A stretch of 64,000 nt of DNA from Octopus sinensis (GCF_006345805.1 NC_043011.1:55812464-55876463), one strand, 5' to 3'; positions 50,911 through 62,530 are shown, counted from the first letter of the stretch. A program made the numbers and translations. The notes: a model not told the origin generated them from the sequence alone.

Positions 50911-52559
50911 GGTTTTGAAATGCATCAAGATCAAAACGAATGTCTAATTATATCAATAAAGTTCCACCTCTAAAGTAAATATGAGTGTTTATCACCAGAT
51001 ATACATTATCAGAGGCCACAATAATATTCAAGAAAAATAAGACTATTTCTGATAAATAATATTACTAATATTACTAATATTATAACAAAAACTGCTCAAC
51101 TACGAGTGATCAAAGTTTTAAATCCCTATAAACTCTGTCATGTTATAATGTTAAAAACATTTTAAACAATTAGAAATTAAGTGTTAATTGAATCAAAATA
51201 GGAATATGCATTTCAAGCATTTTAAAATAGTTTGGGTAACTTCGGGGAAATCTGTTGGAATAATCTATTAGTAGAGGAAATAAAGAAACACAAATTTTGA
51301 CAATAAAACTATTCTATAAAATAAAAAGTGAACAACAGAGGTACACATCAAAGCAAATAAATACAATTATTGCATAGCATAAAAAAGGTTACAGAAGAGA
51401 AAATAAAACAAATTAAGGAATGGAAAAAACAAAATAGAAACAAAAATCTAAAAAAAGGCTTTTGATTGTTTTTGGCTCCAGAATAAGAGAAATTTAGTTA
51501 AAATTATTATATCTTAAAAAAATAAATTGAACTAAAAAGATTTGAATAAGAAAAAATCCTTTAAAACAAGCTTATTTAGTGGCGTAGTTATTTATAAGTG
51601 TATAAATAATGGAAAATGGAATGAGAAAGTAATGTATATGTGGAATTTAAAAATTCACGAAAAATATTGGAAGATCTCTCATGGAATGAAATGTCACTAT
51701 CCTATTTAAATGCCTTTTATATTTAAAATGATTTTGAAGATCTTTGTAAGTAAAAAATTTGGAAATCAAATCGACTCATACATATTGCTTCAAAATGCTT
51801 TTGAAAGACAAAGATTTGATTTTTATGATTAAATTGTAAAAATAGGAAATACTTGAAGCTGTCTTTTTTACTGAATGTTACACATTTCAGGGAGGAATAT
51901 AGTTTTAATTCTTTTCTTTCTTAAGAAAAGCAGAAGGTTAAAATGATGAAACTGCTAAGTTATAGGATCTGGTTGAATATCATGCTGTGGCAATAAAGTC
52001 ACAAAGTTAGCACTTTCTGTATCACAAATGGTAACAAGAATGTGCTGAGGGATCTTATGTCATTTTATTGTACTTAATGTTGTTTAGCAGAATAGAAAGG
52101 CAAAGTGGTTGAGCCTTACTTTGGAAGTTTGTGTTTGTCAACATACATTGGGTTGTATTGTAGATTGCATTGCAACCAAACTGTGCAACATATTGGATTC
52201 ATTCCCAAAACTATGAGGAAAAACAGTTTCCCACTGTCAAACAACCAAATTTTCCATCTACTTTATCTACTTAGAAGCTTATTTTGTTCTCTTGTAGGTA
52301 AAACTACCGAGATTAGGATAATCTTTCCCAATAATATAGTAATATAGCTAATATATTTTCATTACGATATAACTTGAAATTCACAAAATCCTCTGGTCAA
52401 GCTTACTCAGACCCTAACCCTGATTCAGTCAGGCCATCTGACTGCATGTAAAGCATTCAAGAAGTCGAGCAGGACAACACCTTGTGAAAGTCCATCGTAG
52501 TTTATCACTAACGAATTCTTGTTTAACTCTCAAGCATAACCAGACGAAATTGATGAATC

Positions 52560-52960
52560 TGTCTCTCTAATGGCATCAGTGATTACAAGAAAAAATTATT
52601 ATTAGATACTCAGAACAGCCCATAACAAGCATTGCCTCCAAGTTTTGGTGAGTGTCTAAGAAGGAGACCTGTACAATAGCATCGATTCCACTGTGGTATG
52701 GAAGAAGCTTCCCTAAGGATCATTAAGAAGCATTGACATCCACATGACACTCGGGCCTTCAAGACATGCCATGCTTTTACAATATACATTTTTACTCTCT
52801 TTTCTCTGGGTGAGATGTTATTTCCTAAATATACAAAGAAATCCACAGGTTTTAGCGGAGTTTGTATGATTGCGCATATTGAATCTTGCCAATTGTAGCA
52901 AATGTATTCAGTAACTGAGGCTTTGACATACAGACCATTATCTGCTGCTGCTTTTTGAAA
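52560..52960 (-). mobile_element. decayed RTE LINE fragment (post-RT region)
   Basis: PLKPVDFFVYLGNNIS...IVKAWHVL, and in a shifted frame SFFHTTVESMLLY...TLTK, matching the RTE 'V.DF.YLGS.I...KAW...F.ATVES.LLYG.E.WTLTK' pattern. Confidence 0.75.
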
Positions 52961-53377
52961 AGAAACGATCCACAGAGACAAAAAAAAAAAAGAAGAGGGA
53001 GAGAAGTGATAATTCAGTGGAAAACTTAATTCCTTCATTAGGCTTTACTAAAATAGATCTAATTATTACAATCACAGAATAGGTATGTTGACATGCACCT
53101 ATTTTGTGTTGAACAATATCTCTATAAGAGAGGTGGCATCATTTAAAAAAGAGTAATTTATCTAAACAGGATTAATATCTGATTATTAGAAGATAATTAT
53201 TATACTTCAAATAATTTTTACCATTTAATGTTTTTAAAAATCTCCATTTAAATTTTTGCCTTAAATAGTAACTAAAGAGAAAAAGTATCCCTAAGTAAAT
53301 ATAAAAAAAAATTTAAATAATAGGATTGGAACTATGGAGCAAAAACAATCAACTGAACTCAACCATAAGCTGTTTAC

Positions 53378-55868
53378 CTGCAAGCAAGCATCCACACCAG
53401 TACATACGGACGAAGATGACGACGACAACATAAGCTCAGCATCTGCACGCATAATGGCGCTTTTAACCCGAGCCAAGATTTCTCCTACCTCACGATGTGT
53501 CTGTTTGTAATCCAAAATACCAATTTCTTCTGTACTTTCTCTGTCGGTGTTTACGGATGAAGAAGGATCACCTGCTGTATTGTCAATAGAAATACTAATC
53601 CTTCCTGCTGTTGTATGGAACACTTCTTTGTTTCCATGTCTCCGAAGAACGACTGGTTCTGCTTTATTATTAACTTTATTTTCACTACTTGTCCCAACAT
53701 TGGCTTCACTTTGCAGAGAAGCTTCTTTATTTTCACGAGAACTTAGAGTATTATCTTGCAAAGGCGTTTTATTAAAGAGTGATATGTTCTCATTTTGGAA
53801 TGACTTTAAAGATTCAGAAACTTTTGGAAAAACTTCTTCGCAATTTTCTTCATTGTCTTCTTCTTCTTCTTCATTTTCCTCAATAATTTCCATCAACCCA
53901 CTACTTAAAGGTCTTGGAGAAAGACTAGCAGATTCATTTGCATGGAGGTTGCCTTCTAAAGTAGTTAAACTAGTTTCTGAATCGGAATCACTGTCGTAGG
54001 CATTAAACTCTCGCAACCCACCAACAGCACCGTTTTCATCAAGTGCAATCTTTTCCAGTTTTTCACGTAAATCTTCAGCAGAGAAATTAGCAATTTGATT
54101 GAAATCAGAGGTGTTTAAATTAGTCATTCTCTTGATTCCAGATTTTAATTCTTCTGGAGAAAAAATACCTTCGTGCTGGAACCCAGGAAAATTCAACTCA
54201 CCGGTGTTCCCAATTTGAGTCAATTTTTCCCTTAACTGGGCAGCAAAATCTCTCTCTCCGTCTTCGAGATCAGAATCTTCTTCAATGGCTAATTCCCCTT
54301 CCATATCACTGTTTGAAATGTCATGAGCAAGATTACTTTTCGTCGGTGATACAGTTGTCAAATCGGAAAGGTTGTCGTCAATACTGCTTAGAATACTTTC
54401 AGGAGGTTTAATGATTTTTGGAAAACTTTGTAATGAGACTTCAGGTAATGAATTGGAGCTTTTTATTTTACTATCGTTGACAATTTTGGTTTTGCTGTCA
54501 CAAGATTCAGATTTTTTCACGTGAACTCCTTCCTCGGATTTCGTGCTCTCTGAACTCACTGTAATATCGTCAGAGTAGGATCCCCAACTGATTTTCGAAG
54601 CACTTTCTGCAACTCCTCTTTTGGCCATGTAATCAGCATAATCTAAGGAGAAAGGAGAATAATCCATTCTGCCATTGAATGGATCAAACTGTCTGGCGTA
54701 GTCTGTTTCAAGGACGTTTGACAAATTTATAACGTCACTTTGAGATTTCGGACATTCACTTTTAGTTGACAAATCTATAGTTGTACCTTCACTCCGAGAT
54801 TTAACAAGGGGAGTTAATCGCTTTTCCTCAACCTGTAGACTTTCATTTAATTTATCTTCACAAGGATAAGTTTCCAGCGAGTTCTGAATTATTTCATTTG
54901 CCAAGGAATAAGCAACATCCGCAATATCGTTCGTATCTATAGGTTCACTAACGGTTTCAGTTTCAAAATCAGAACAACAATGAAAACCAATGTTTTCTCC
55001 GTTGGACCGCTTTGCATAATCAGGGTTGATAGCAGCTCTAGAATGATTATTTGCCTCATCGATTTTCCCTAAAATATCTTCGATACTGTCAGGAGTTATC
55101 GACTTAGCAAAACTACTATCAAATTCACTTTCAACAAAGCTGTTCTGAGGTGTGTATGGAAAATTTGATGAAGCATTCTTGTTGTTGCTTCCACAAACTT
55201 CTATATCTTCATAAGGATGAAGAGAAGCCTTTTTATCATTGATTCTTTTCACCATCTCAGCACTATTGAAACTGGGTAAATGATAATCTTTCATATAACT
55301 TCCAAAATTAGAGTCCATGAAGCTATTTGGTGGTGTTACAGGATAACTTGAGCCTTGTTCTGAAGTTTGATCTGATACAATCTCCATTGGACTTGCAATA
55401 CCAGAAGATGCTTCAGGATGCACTATTGCCTTCTCGGTACCAACAGTAATAAGAGGTTGGTCACTTGTCATACAAACCATATTGTCAACATTATGTTGCT
55501 TATTTAAAAAATGCATGTTATCAATTGTGGAATTGTATTCACTATCATTGAGCGAATTATCTACATTTGCTAACACAATGTGAGAATTATTATGGTCAGC
55601 AGCATCAGGTTTTGTTTGCATTTTAGATACGAAAACAGCATTGTCAATTTGCATAGCAGATTGATCTATATTTGTAGTCGGACTGAAGGTCTCATACATT
55701 TCGGTAGATGTATCAGTACCACTCATAGAAGTACCACTTAACGATGATGCACTGTCACTATATTTATTCCCATGCTTCATATTATCTTCAATAACACCTG
55801 CAATGCCACCAGATGCCAATTCACTATCCTGTCTAGCACCATTGATTTGATCTGGATTTTCAAAGAGC
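53378..55868 (-). CDS. PRUNE2: Prune2-like gene, 2491-nt exon encoding an acidic Ser-rich low-complexity region
   Basis: Lies within the 865-aa ORF 53291-55888. Polypyrimidine acceptor ...tttttatttcatcag| at 55869 is phase 2 and completes AG|G = Arg from the previous exon. Donor CAG|gtaaac at 53377 is phase 0. ORF sequence past the donor looks like intron read-through. Confidence 0.88.
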
Positions 55869-56683
55869 CTGATGAAATAAAAAGGCAAAAAAAAAAAAAA
55901 AAGAGAGAAAAAAACAAGTTAATAGTTTAATAGCATATCTAAAATAGTTGATTAAAATAACTGACTTCTGTTTCTTTCTTTAATGCTTTCACCTTTAAAC
56001 TATTATGAACAGTGGACACAACAAGACAAATTTTTGTTTGTATCAACAAATAGAAAAAAAAATCAGACATGGAAGAACTTTTTAAAAGTGAAAGCTGATA
56101 CTTCTTGTTTTGGCGATACAACAACAATTGGTATGTTGTGGATCAGACAATGTTTTTTAACATATATTATACAGATTATTCAAATTATAACAAAAAGGTA
56201 ATAGAATAATAGTCATTCCCAAAAGTCTATATTGTTTTAAGCAAATGATAGAATCAATTTATAATTTCAGAGTAACAAAAATAAAAAATCTATTTGAAAT
56301 TTACTCATAACATGATTGGTTCAGAAATCAATTTGAAACGCACATCATCATTATTATCATCATCATCATCATCACTATTATTAAAAGGCAGAGTTTGCAA
56401 AACGTCAATTTATGTTATGACAGTTTTAAATTAAAGTATATTTTCTAACATGGGTGAAAAGAATTGAAGCAATTTCATATATGAAAGAATTCAACTTTAC
56501 ACAATATTTGCCTTCAACATCAAATTTATTTCTCCATTAAATTTTACATCAATTTTAGAAAATGAAAACTGTAATCAAAGTTAATACGCAATTAACAAAA
56601 TTCCAATTAGAAAGCATAATTTATATCATTAGTGATTTTAAGAAAATACTGATCTCATGCTAAACCTGTAGGAGTCATCTTAC

Positions 56684-56847
56684 CTAGAAAAATCTTCATT
56701 AGAGATAAGAGATTTTAGTATTGGAAGCACTTTTTTACGAGTAATTACGATATTCTTTTGTGAAAATATTGTTAAATTGGTTGATTCATAAGGAATTCTT
56801 TCAAGTTGCAAAGATGGCTCGCTGCTACTACACAACACGTCCACTAT
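56684..56847 (-). CDS. PRUNE2: Prune2-like gene, coding exon (end of DHHA2)
   Basis: Acceptor tatttctttttag|, donor TAG|gtaaga, 164 nt, phase 0 to 2. Translates IVDVLCSSSEPSLQLERIPYESTNLTIFSQKNIVITRKKVLPILKSLISNEDFS, containing the DHHA2-terminal 'Q.N...(S/T)RK.VLP.L' motif. Confidence 0.9.
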
Positions 56848-56952
56848 CTAAAAAGAAATACAAAAAAAAAAAAAATGAATTTCCATTTACTGTCAAAAAG
56901 GAATTTTCAAACAATTTACTTTAAGCTCTTGAAATCAATAACAGTAAAAATG

Positions 56953-58060
56953 ACAAGAGCACTCAGAAAGTGCTAACCTCCACCAAGGCAACACCAATGT
57001 CCCTCTCAACAATTAGGCAGAGGTGATTTTTAAAATGAGAATATCTGAAATAAACTCGACTGCTCTCACAAACAGGAATACTAAAAATGAACCCAACCGC
57101 GCTCAAAAATTAAGTAAAAAAAAAAAAAAAATCAGAAAAATAATCCAGAATCCTTGTCCGGTACCTGATTGATCCCAATGGTAATCATTGAATGTGAAGG
57201 TGGCTATAGAAAATTTAGTAACGATAATAGTTTACCCTTATCTAATACAAACCAAAGTTAACAAATCCACCATTCAAAATAGTTTCAATTGCGGAGGTAA
57301 TAATAATAAGTTCTACTCAGGAATTTTTAAATGAATAGCATGAAACCTTTTGGTTTTCTCTTCTCTTAAATTTCAGCCTTCCTTTAGTATTCCTGTTGTT
57401 TTAGATCAATGTATAGATGTAAGTATACTGTAAAGTGTTAATATGTATGTATAATATAATATATATATATATATATAGAAAATAGTAAAAAGTGAAAAAA
57501 CTACAGAAGGCTTGTTTTAAAAGGTTAAAAAATATATATTTGAGTCATTATGTCAGAAGAATGTTATACATTTTTTTCATACAATGACATAGTTTTTGAA
57601 GAAATGACCGGTTTCGCGTTCAGCTTTTCAAATTTCTTACATATAAAAATATGTTAGTGTTATTTAATTTCTTAACCATTTTAGCTGCCATTTGTTTATG
57701 TAGTTTGATTTCTTAAATCCATCAACTTCTACTAAGATAGAGATGCGAGTAAAATTAATAATAGAGAAACAAAAATAAAACTTTGGAAACAGTCTAAAGG
57801 GAGGTAACTGAGAAAGACTTCAAAGTCAACATAAGATCATAATTTGTAAAGTAAATATAACAAATAATCCAGAATCCTTGTCTGGTACCAGATCAATCCC
57901 CAAATCTCATCAGTTCGAGCCAGTCACGAGGCCAAACATTCCTGAAAGTTTCATCCAAATCCACCCAGCGGTTCGTGAGATATCTTGTCCATCGACAAAC
58001 CAACAAACAAACAAACATGACTAAAAACAATACCTCCACCTTCGTTAAGACGGAGATAAT
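56953..58060 (+). mobile_element. Helentron/DINE-1-like non-autonomous element (HINE) in two pieces (56953-57176 and 57862-58060)
   Basis: 5' acctccacc (56976-56984) recurs as the left arm of a 3' hairpin acctccacc-ttcgttaa-gacggagat (58032-58057). (CAAA)n tract before the 3' end; a 39-bp segment occurs in both pieces. Confidence 0.6.
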
Positions 58061-58240
58061 AATTATAGAAATTATAATATTGTCCTGGCTGGACATTGAA
58101 ATATTTTTACAAATGATTTCTCACCCCACCCACAATTTTATTGAACTACTTTCTTCAATTTGAGGTAGGATACCTTCACTTGTTTCAGATTGGTAACATG
58201 TTCCTTAATTTCTATTGATGAATTCCAAAAAAGCCTTTAA

Positions 58241-58462
58241 CCCTTTAGTATTCAGGTTACTCTGTTAAATGTAATATTTTTTTTTACTCAAATTGTTTTG
58301 AATTAATCAAACATTATCTTATAGCTTTGGGGTTTCGATGATGTGATTGTTTATTTTAAGAATGTCAATGTAGGTTAGGTGTGAGAGGCTAGATATCGCC
58401 AGTTTGAATATAAAACGTATAGAATATTTGGGCCGGATATGGCCAGTTTAAACACTAAAGGG
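58241..58462. mobile_element. piggyBac-like MITE (222 bp)
   Basis: TTAA flanks, ccctttag/ctaaaggg TIRs; inverted homolog of 24679-24898. Confidence 0.85.
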
Positions 58463-59115
58463 TTAATTTACAAAATATGACTAACACTTGGTTTAATTTG
58501 ACAATGTTGACCATGGGGTCACTCGCAACAATTCCACAATTGTTATAGTCATTGGATGCTCACTGAAAATTAGTAATTCTTTGTAAAACTAGAGATCCAT
58601 TGGCCACAATATCCACCCACCCACAGATCCTGTCTACAATCTTCCTTTATACAGAACAAATTCCTTGATATTAATGAGGTCTTTTCACTGAAACTAATTG
58701 CTTAGGATTTGCCAAATTCACTTTCAGACCATCTGATTCAATTAATTTGGAAAACAATGAATTTAGTAAAATAAAAGTCATTAATAAGCTGGTGTTTAGA
58801 ATATAAATTAATATGAAATTTTGAAGAAAAGTTTTAATTTAGATCAATTTAAAACAAGAAGTTTGTATCATAAAACCAGGGTTAGTGTCAGACAGGTTGA
58901 CATCAAAAAGTTTCAGGTATATGTCATTTGATTTCGACATATTAAACTTACATTCAAAAAATTAAGATTAATATTTTCAAATTTTGTAATAAGATTCTAC
59001 TGTATAAACAACATAATGAGAATAACACAACAAAAATTGTAATTCAAAGAAAACCTCATCATCATAATTTTCTAAACAATAATTCCATATATTTAGAGAG
59101 AAATGCTAGACATAC

Positions 59116-59274
59116 CTTATCAAGTGCTGGTTTAAACATTGAGAAAACAGCAAGGTCTTGTTTTATGTTGTCTTTATTCAACATCACCATACACATTATG
59201 ACAATTGCTTTAGCATCATGTAATTCTGATAATTTATACAAACTGCTTTCAAAGTCATCCCTTTTAATGAGATC
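59116..59274 (-). CDS. PRUNE2: Prune2-like gene, coding exon (DHHA2)
   Basis: Acceptor ttctttctaattgtag|, donor AAG|gtatgt, 159 nt, phase 0 to 0. Translates DLIKRDDFESSLYKLSELHDAKAIVIMCMVMLNKDNIKQDLAVFSMFKPALDK. Confidence 0.88.
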
Positions 59275-59789
59275 CTACAATTAGAAAGAAAATTAACTTA
59301 TAAACAAACCTCGACCATTAAACCTCAATTATTTTATTTTAAATTCATTTAAAAACAGAATGGAATTTAATATTCAAAATGATAGTCGGCTTAAACAGAA
59401 TTAATAATTCTGTTTAATCCTGCTTAGAATTAATAATTCTAAGCAGGATTAAAAGGATTACAGAAAATATTTATTCAATGCTATACCTTCAAATTCAACA
59501 GATTCTTGTATTTAGTTCAGTCATTGCCTTTCATGCTGGGCCGCTGCCTTCAAGACTTTTCTTTCCTTCTCTCTCTCTTTTTTTTTTTCAGTCAGTTACA
59601 CCAACTCCATTATTTGTATCAATCTTATATCTGTTTTATTGATTTTTATAGGTGCAGGCAGGCTGTGTGATTAAGAGGTTTGATTCTAAACCACAGGGTT
59701 TCAGTTTCAGTCCCACGGCATCACACCTTGGGTAAGTGTTTCCAACTATAAGCCCAATCCAACAAGATAGAAACTGTAAGGAACTTTTT

Positions 59790-60200
59790 CATCATTTTAC
59801 GTCCACTTTCCCATGCTGGCATGGATCAGATGGAATTTTGTTGAGGCATATTTTCTACTGCTGGATGCCCTTCCTGTCACCTGTTTCCAGGTAATATTCC
59901 CCTCACCCCACCCCATTTACCAGACATGTTTTCACAGAAGACCAGGAGTAAAGAGCATTGTTTGCTTAATGGTGACATTCGTTTACAATTATTGAACAAA
60001 GTCAAGGCAAGGGGACAGTAACACACACACACACATGATGGGCTACTTTCAGTTTCTGTCTACCAAATCCACTCACAAGGCTTTGGTCGACCTGAGACTA
60101 TAGTAGAAGACACTTGCCCAAGGTGCCTCGCAGTGGGATTGAACCCAAAACCATGAGGCTGGGAAGCAATCTCTCAATCACACAGTCATGCCTACACCTC
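59790..60200 (-). mobile_element. composite SINE: family-C tRNA head, unique middle, RTE-like tail
   Basis: C head at ~60030-60200, middle block, then catcattttacgtccactttcccatgct...ggatgcccttcctg tail. Confidence 0.72.
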
Positions 60201-60214
60201 ACACTCATACATAC

Positions 60215-60470
60215 ATGTTTATATGTGAGTGTGAGCATGTGGGAGTGTTCGTGTGTCCTTGTCTTGATATCATCTGATAGTTGTAAATGAGTGTCACTGT
60301 CATACAGGCAGTGTTGTTCCTTTTCAATATTCTGTGAGAACATGTCTGGCCATTGAGGGGAAATATTACTTTGCTTTGAAACGGTTGAAGGTTGGCTAAG
60401 TCATCTGGCAGTAGAAAATCTCTCTCAATAATCTCCGTCCAATCCATGGAAGCATGGATGTTAAAAAAAG
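60215..60470 (+). mobile_element. second, head-less copy of the same composite SINE body in opposite orientation
   Basis: agttgtaaatgagtgtcac...gaacatgtctgg...gaaatattac...cagtagaaaat...gtccaatccatggaagcatgga mirrors 59790-60000. Confidence 0.65.
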
Positions 60471-60680
60471 CAACATCAAAAAAACAATGATCTTTTCAAG
60501 TGGTTAAGCTACTCTTTTGGCACAGTAATGATACTTTTTGGAAACTAAAACACACAACACAAATACATTCACAACATCACATCAGCACAATTTCCATTTT
60601 CCCAAACTTTATTTTCAAGCTTTGGTTAACCTAGGATTATTATAATGAGCTCTTAAAAGAAAAAGAAGAAAAAAAAAAAC

Positions 60681-60957
60681 CATCCGAATGTGGCTGTTGC
60701 TAGCGCCGCCTCAACTGGTCTCCATGCCAGTGGCACATAAAAAACACCAACCGATCGTGGCCGTTGCCAGCCTCGCCTGGCACGTAAAAAGCAACCACTA
60801 CACTCACGGAGTGGTTAGTGTTAGGAAGGGCATCCAGCAGTAGAAACACTGCCAGATCAGACTGGGCCTGGTGCAGCCTCCTGGCTTCCCTGACCCCAGT
60901 CGAACCGTCCAACCCATGCTAGCACGGAAAGCGGACGTTAAACGATGATGATGATGA
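60681..60957 (+). mobile_element. family-B RTE 3'-UTR copy
   Basis: Modules, conserved core and acgttaaacgatgatgatgatg tail. Confidence 0.92.
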
Positions 60958-61472
60958 GCTCTTGTCCAATGCCCCATATAATGGATTCAAATACAGAACT
61001 ATGTGACAATGAAACCAACCCCTTAACTTTGCCTGCAACTATGATAAACTTGCCCGTTTGACTCTTGGGGGTTAAAGAGACGCCACTAAATTGTTTATAC
61101 ATCACTGAAACACAGAAGTAACTTGGTGGTTTTGTTTAGAGGCCATGTCTATTGCTATACAGTGACAGGTAAGAAGCAAGTTTAACGAACCTTTCCTTAT
61201 CTCTTGGACATTCATTGTTAACTTCTTGACAAACAATGATTCTAATGCTAGAAGATGGGTTGGGCTTTCATAAATTTGTGCGTTTTCATATTGTTGAAGC
61301 AAGTGCTTCAACAATATGAAGGCTCTTCTTTAGATTTACGAATAAACTATAAAATATGAATTTCTCAAAGCAGACAAAGAGAAGCAGAGTTATGTACCTT
61401 TACCTTAGAACACGACACAGTCGTCATAGTAAAAGAGATTGACATTTCTGATCACAATATAAATAAATATCG

Positions 61473-61763
61473 ACAGTTCTATATTTAAGAGATGAGCAAT
61501 TATGTACATTATTTACATTTGACGGATATTTGTCCTCATCTTGTTTGTTGTTAACACAACGTTTCGGCTGATATACCCTCCAGCCTTCATCAGATGTCTT
61601 GGGGAAATTTCGAACCTCGGTTCTCATTGCTAAGGTATTTTTTCGATGTTATTATTATTATTATTTAGGTCACTGCCTGGAATCGAACTCGGAATCTTGG
61701 GGTTAGTAGCCCACGCTCAACCACTACGCCATGGCGTAGTGGTTGAGCGTGGGCTACTAACCC
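61473..61763 (-). mobile_element. tRNA-headed SINE-like element with (AAT)n linker, hammerhead-containing tail and inverted 5' duplication
   Basis: Minus strand: A-box TGGCGTAGTGG, B-box GAGTTCGATTCC, (taa)n, then gacat-CTGATGA-a-ggctg...cagcc-GAAAC-GTT-gtgtt. 61732-61763 is a perfect inverted copy of 61700-61731. Confidence 0.8.
61553..61598 (-). ncRNA. minimal type I hammerhead ribozyme (Penelope/retrozyme-like), core intact
   Basis: GACAU CUGAUGA A GGCUG gagggtatat CAGCC GAAAC GUU / GUGUU: stem I 5 bp (two G.U), stem II 5 bp, stem III reduced to palindromic ACGU, cleavage triplet GUU. Confidence 0.7.
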
Positions 61764-62530
61764 ATATCAAACTGAACCAACCTCAGGAATATTTAATCAA
61801 GAAGATAGCATTTGAAACAATATTCATAAAAGATTTCAAATCGCCTTGCGCCTAATAAAGTTTTTGAGAGCTCCAGACCACAGAGTCGATAGTATACTGG
61901 ATTGCCAGACAAAGCATCAATGAATTATATCCCATCATTGGCACCAACCAGTATTCTTATTCAAGACAATTCCTGCTCATCCTATTTAATTAGTTATACA
62001 ATAAACTTAACAAGTAGTACCAATGAATAATTAATGAATATTTTATGAAATGATGCCCAATAGTTTTTTATGAGCCTTGAAAAATTAATGAGAATTCATT
62101 TCATTGTATTTTTGTCTGAAAACCCTGTAGATGCATCATTTACAACAAAAATTCTCAACCAGGAGTAGATTTCCCTGCTGAGGTAAAAATTTATATGACA
62201 AGGGGTAAATATATCATTCAATGTCATCACAGTGTGAGGTCCTAACCACCAGGCAATCACAGTATTATGCAAAACCTTAATAATACAGTTGTTTCATTAT
62301 TTCTTCTGAATCTCTATGACGACTATACATCTTTTTCCAAGGATGATGGAACAAATGGTGAGATATCATTTAAGCTGAGCAGGTAAATGACTGAAGGAGG
62401 GTTGATAAACACAAGGTTCGCTAGAAGTTGTTTATCAATCAATGCTAACTGTTTAGAAATTAAATTTGACTATTTTAAGAACAAAGTCTTTCAGCAGATT
62501 TGTGTAAGAAATTGATACACTATTGAAAAA

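Noticed and set aside
53291-53377. Last 28 codons of the 865-aa ORF, and its first codons at 55869-55888
   Set aside because: They lie beyond a strong donor and within a polypyrimidine acceptor; hydrophobic junk typical of intron read-through.
53547-53999. 150-aa plus-strand ORF
   Set aside because: Antisense shadow of the large coding exon; no independent splice or start signals or homology.
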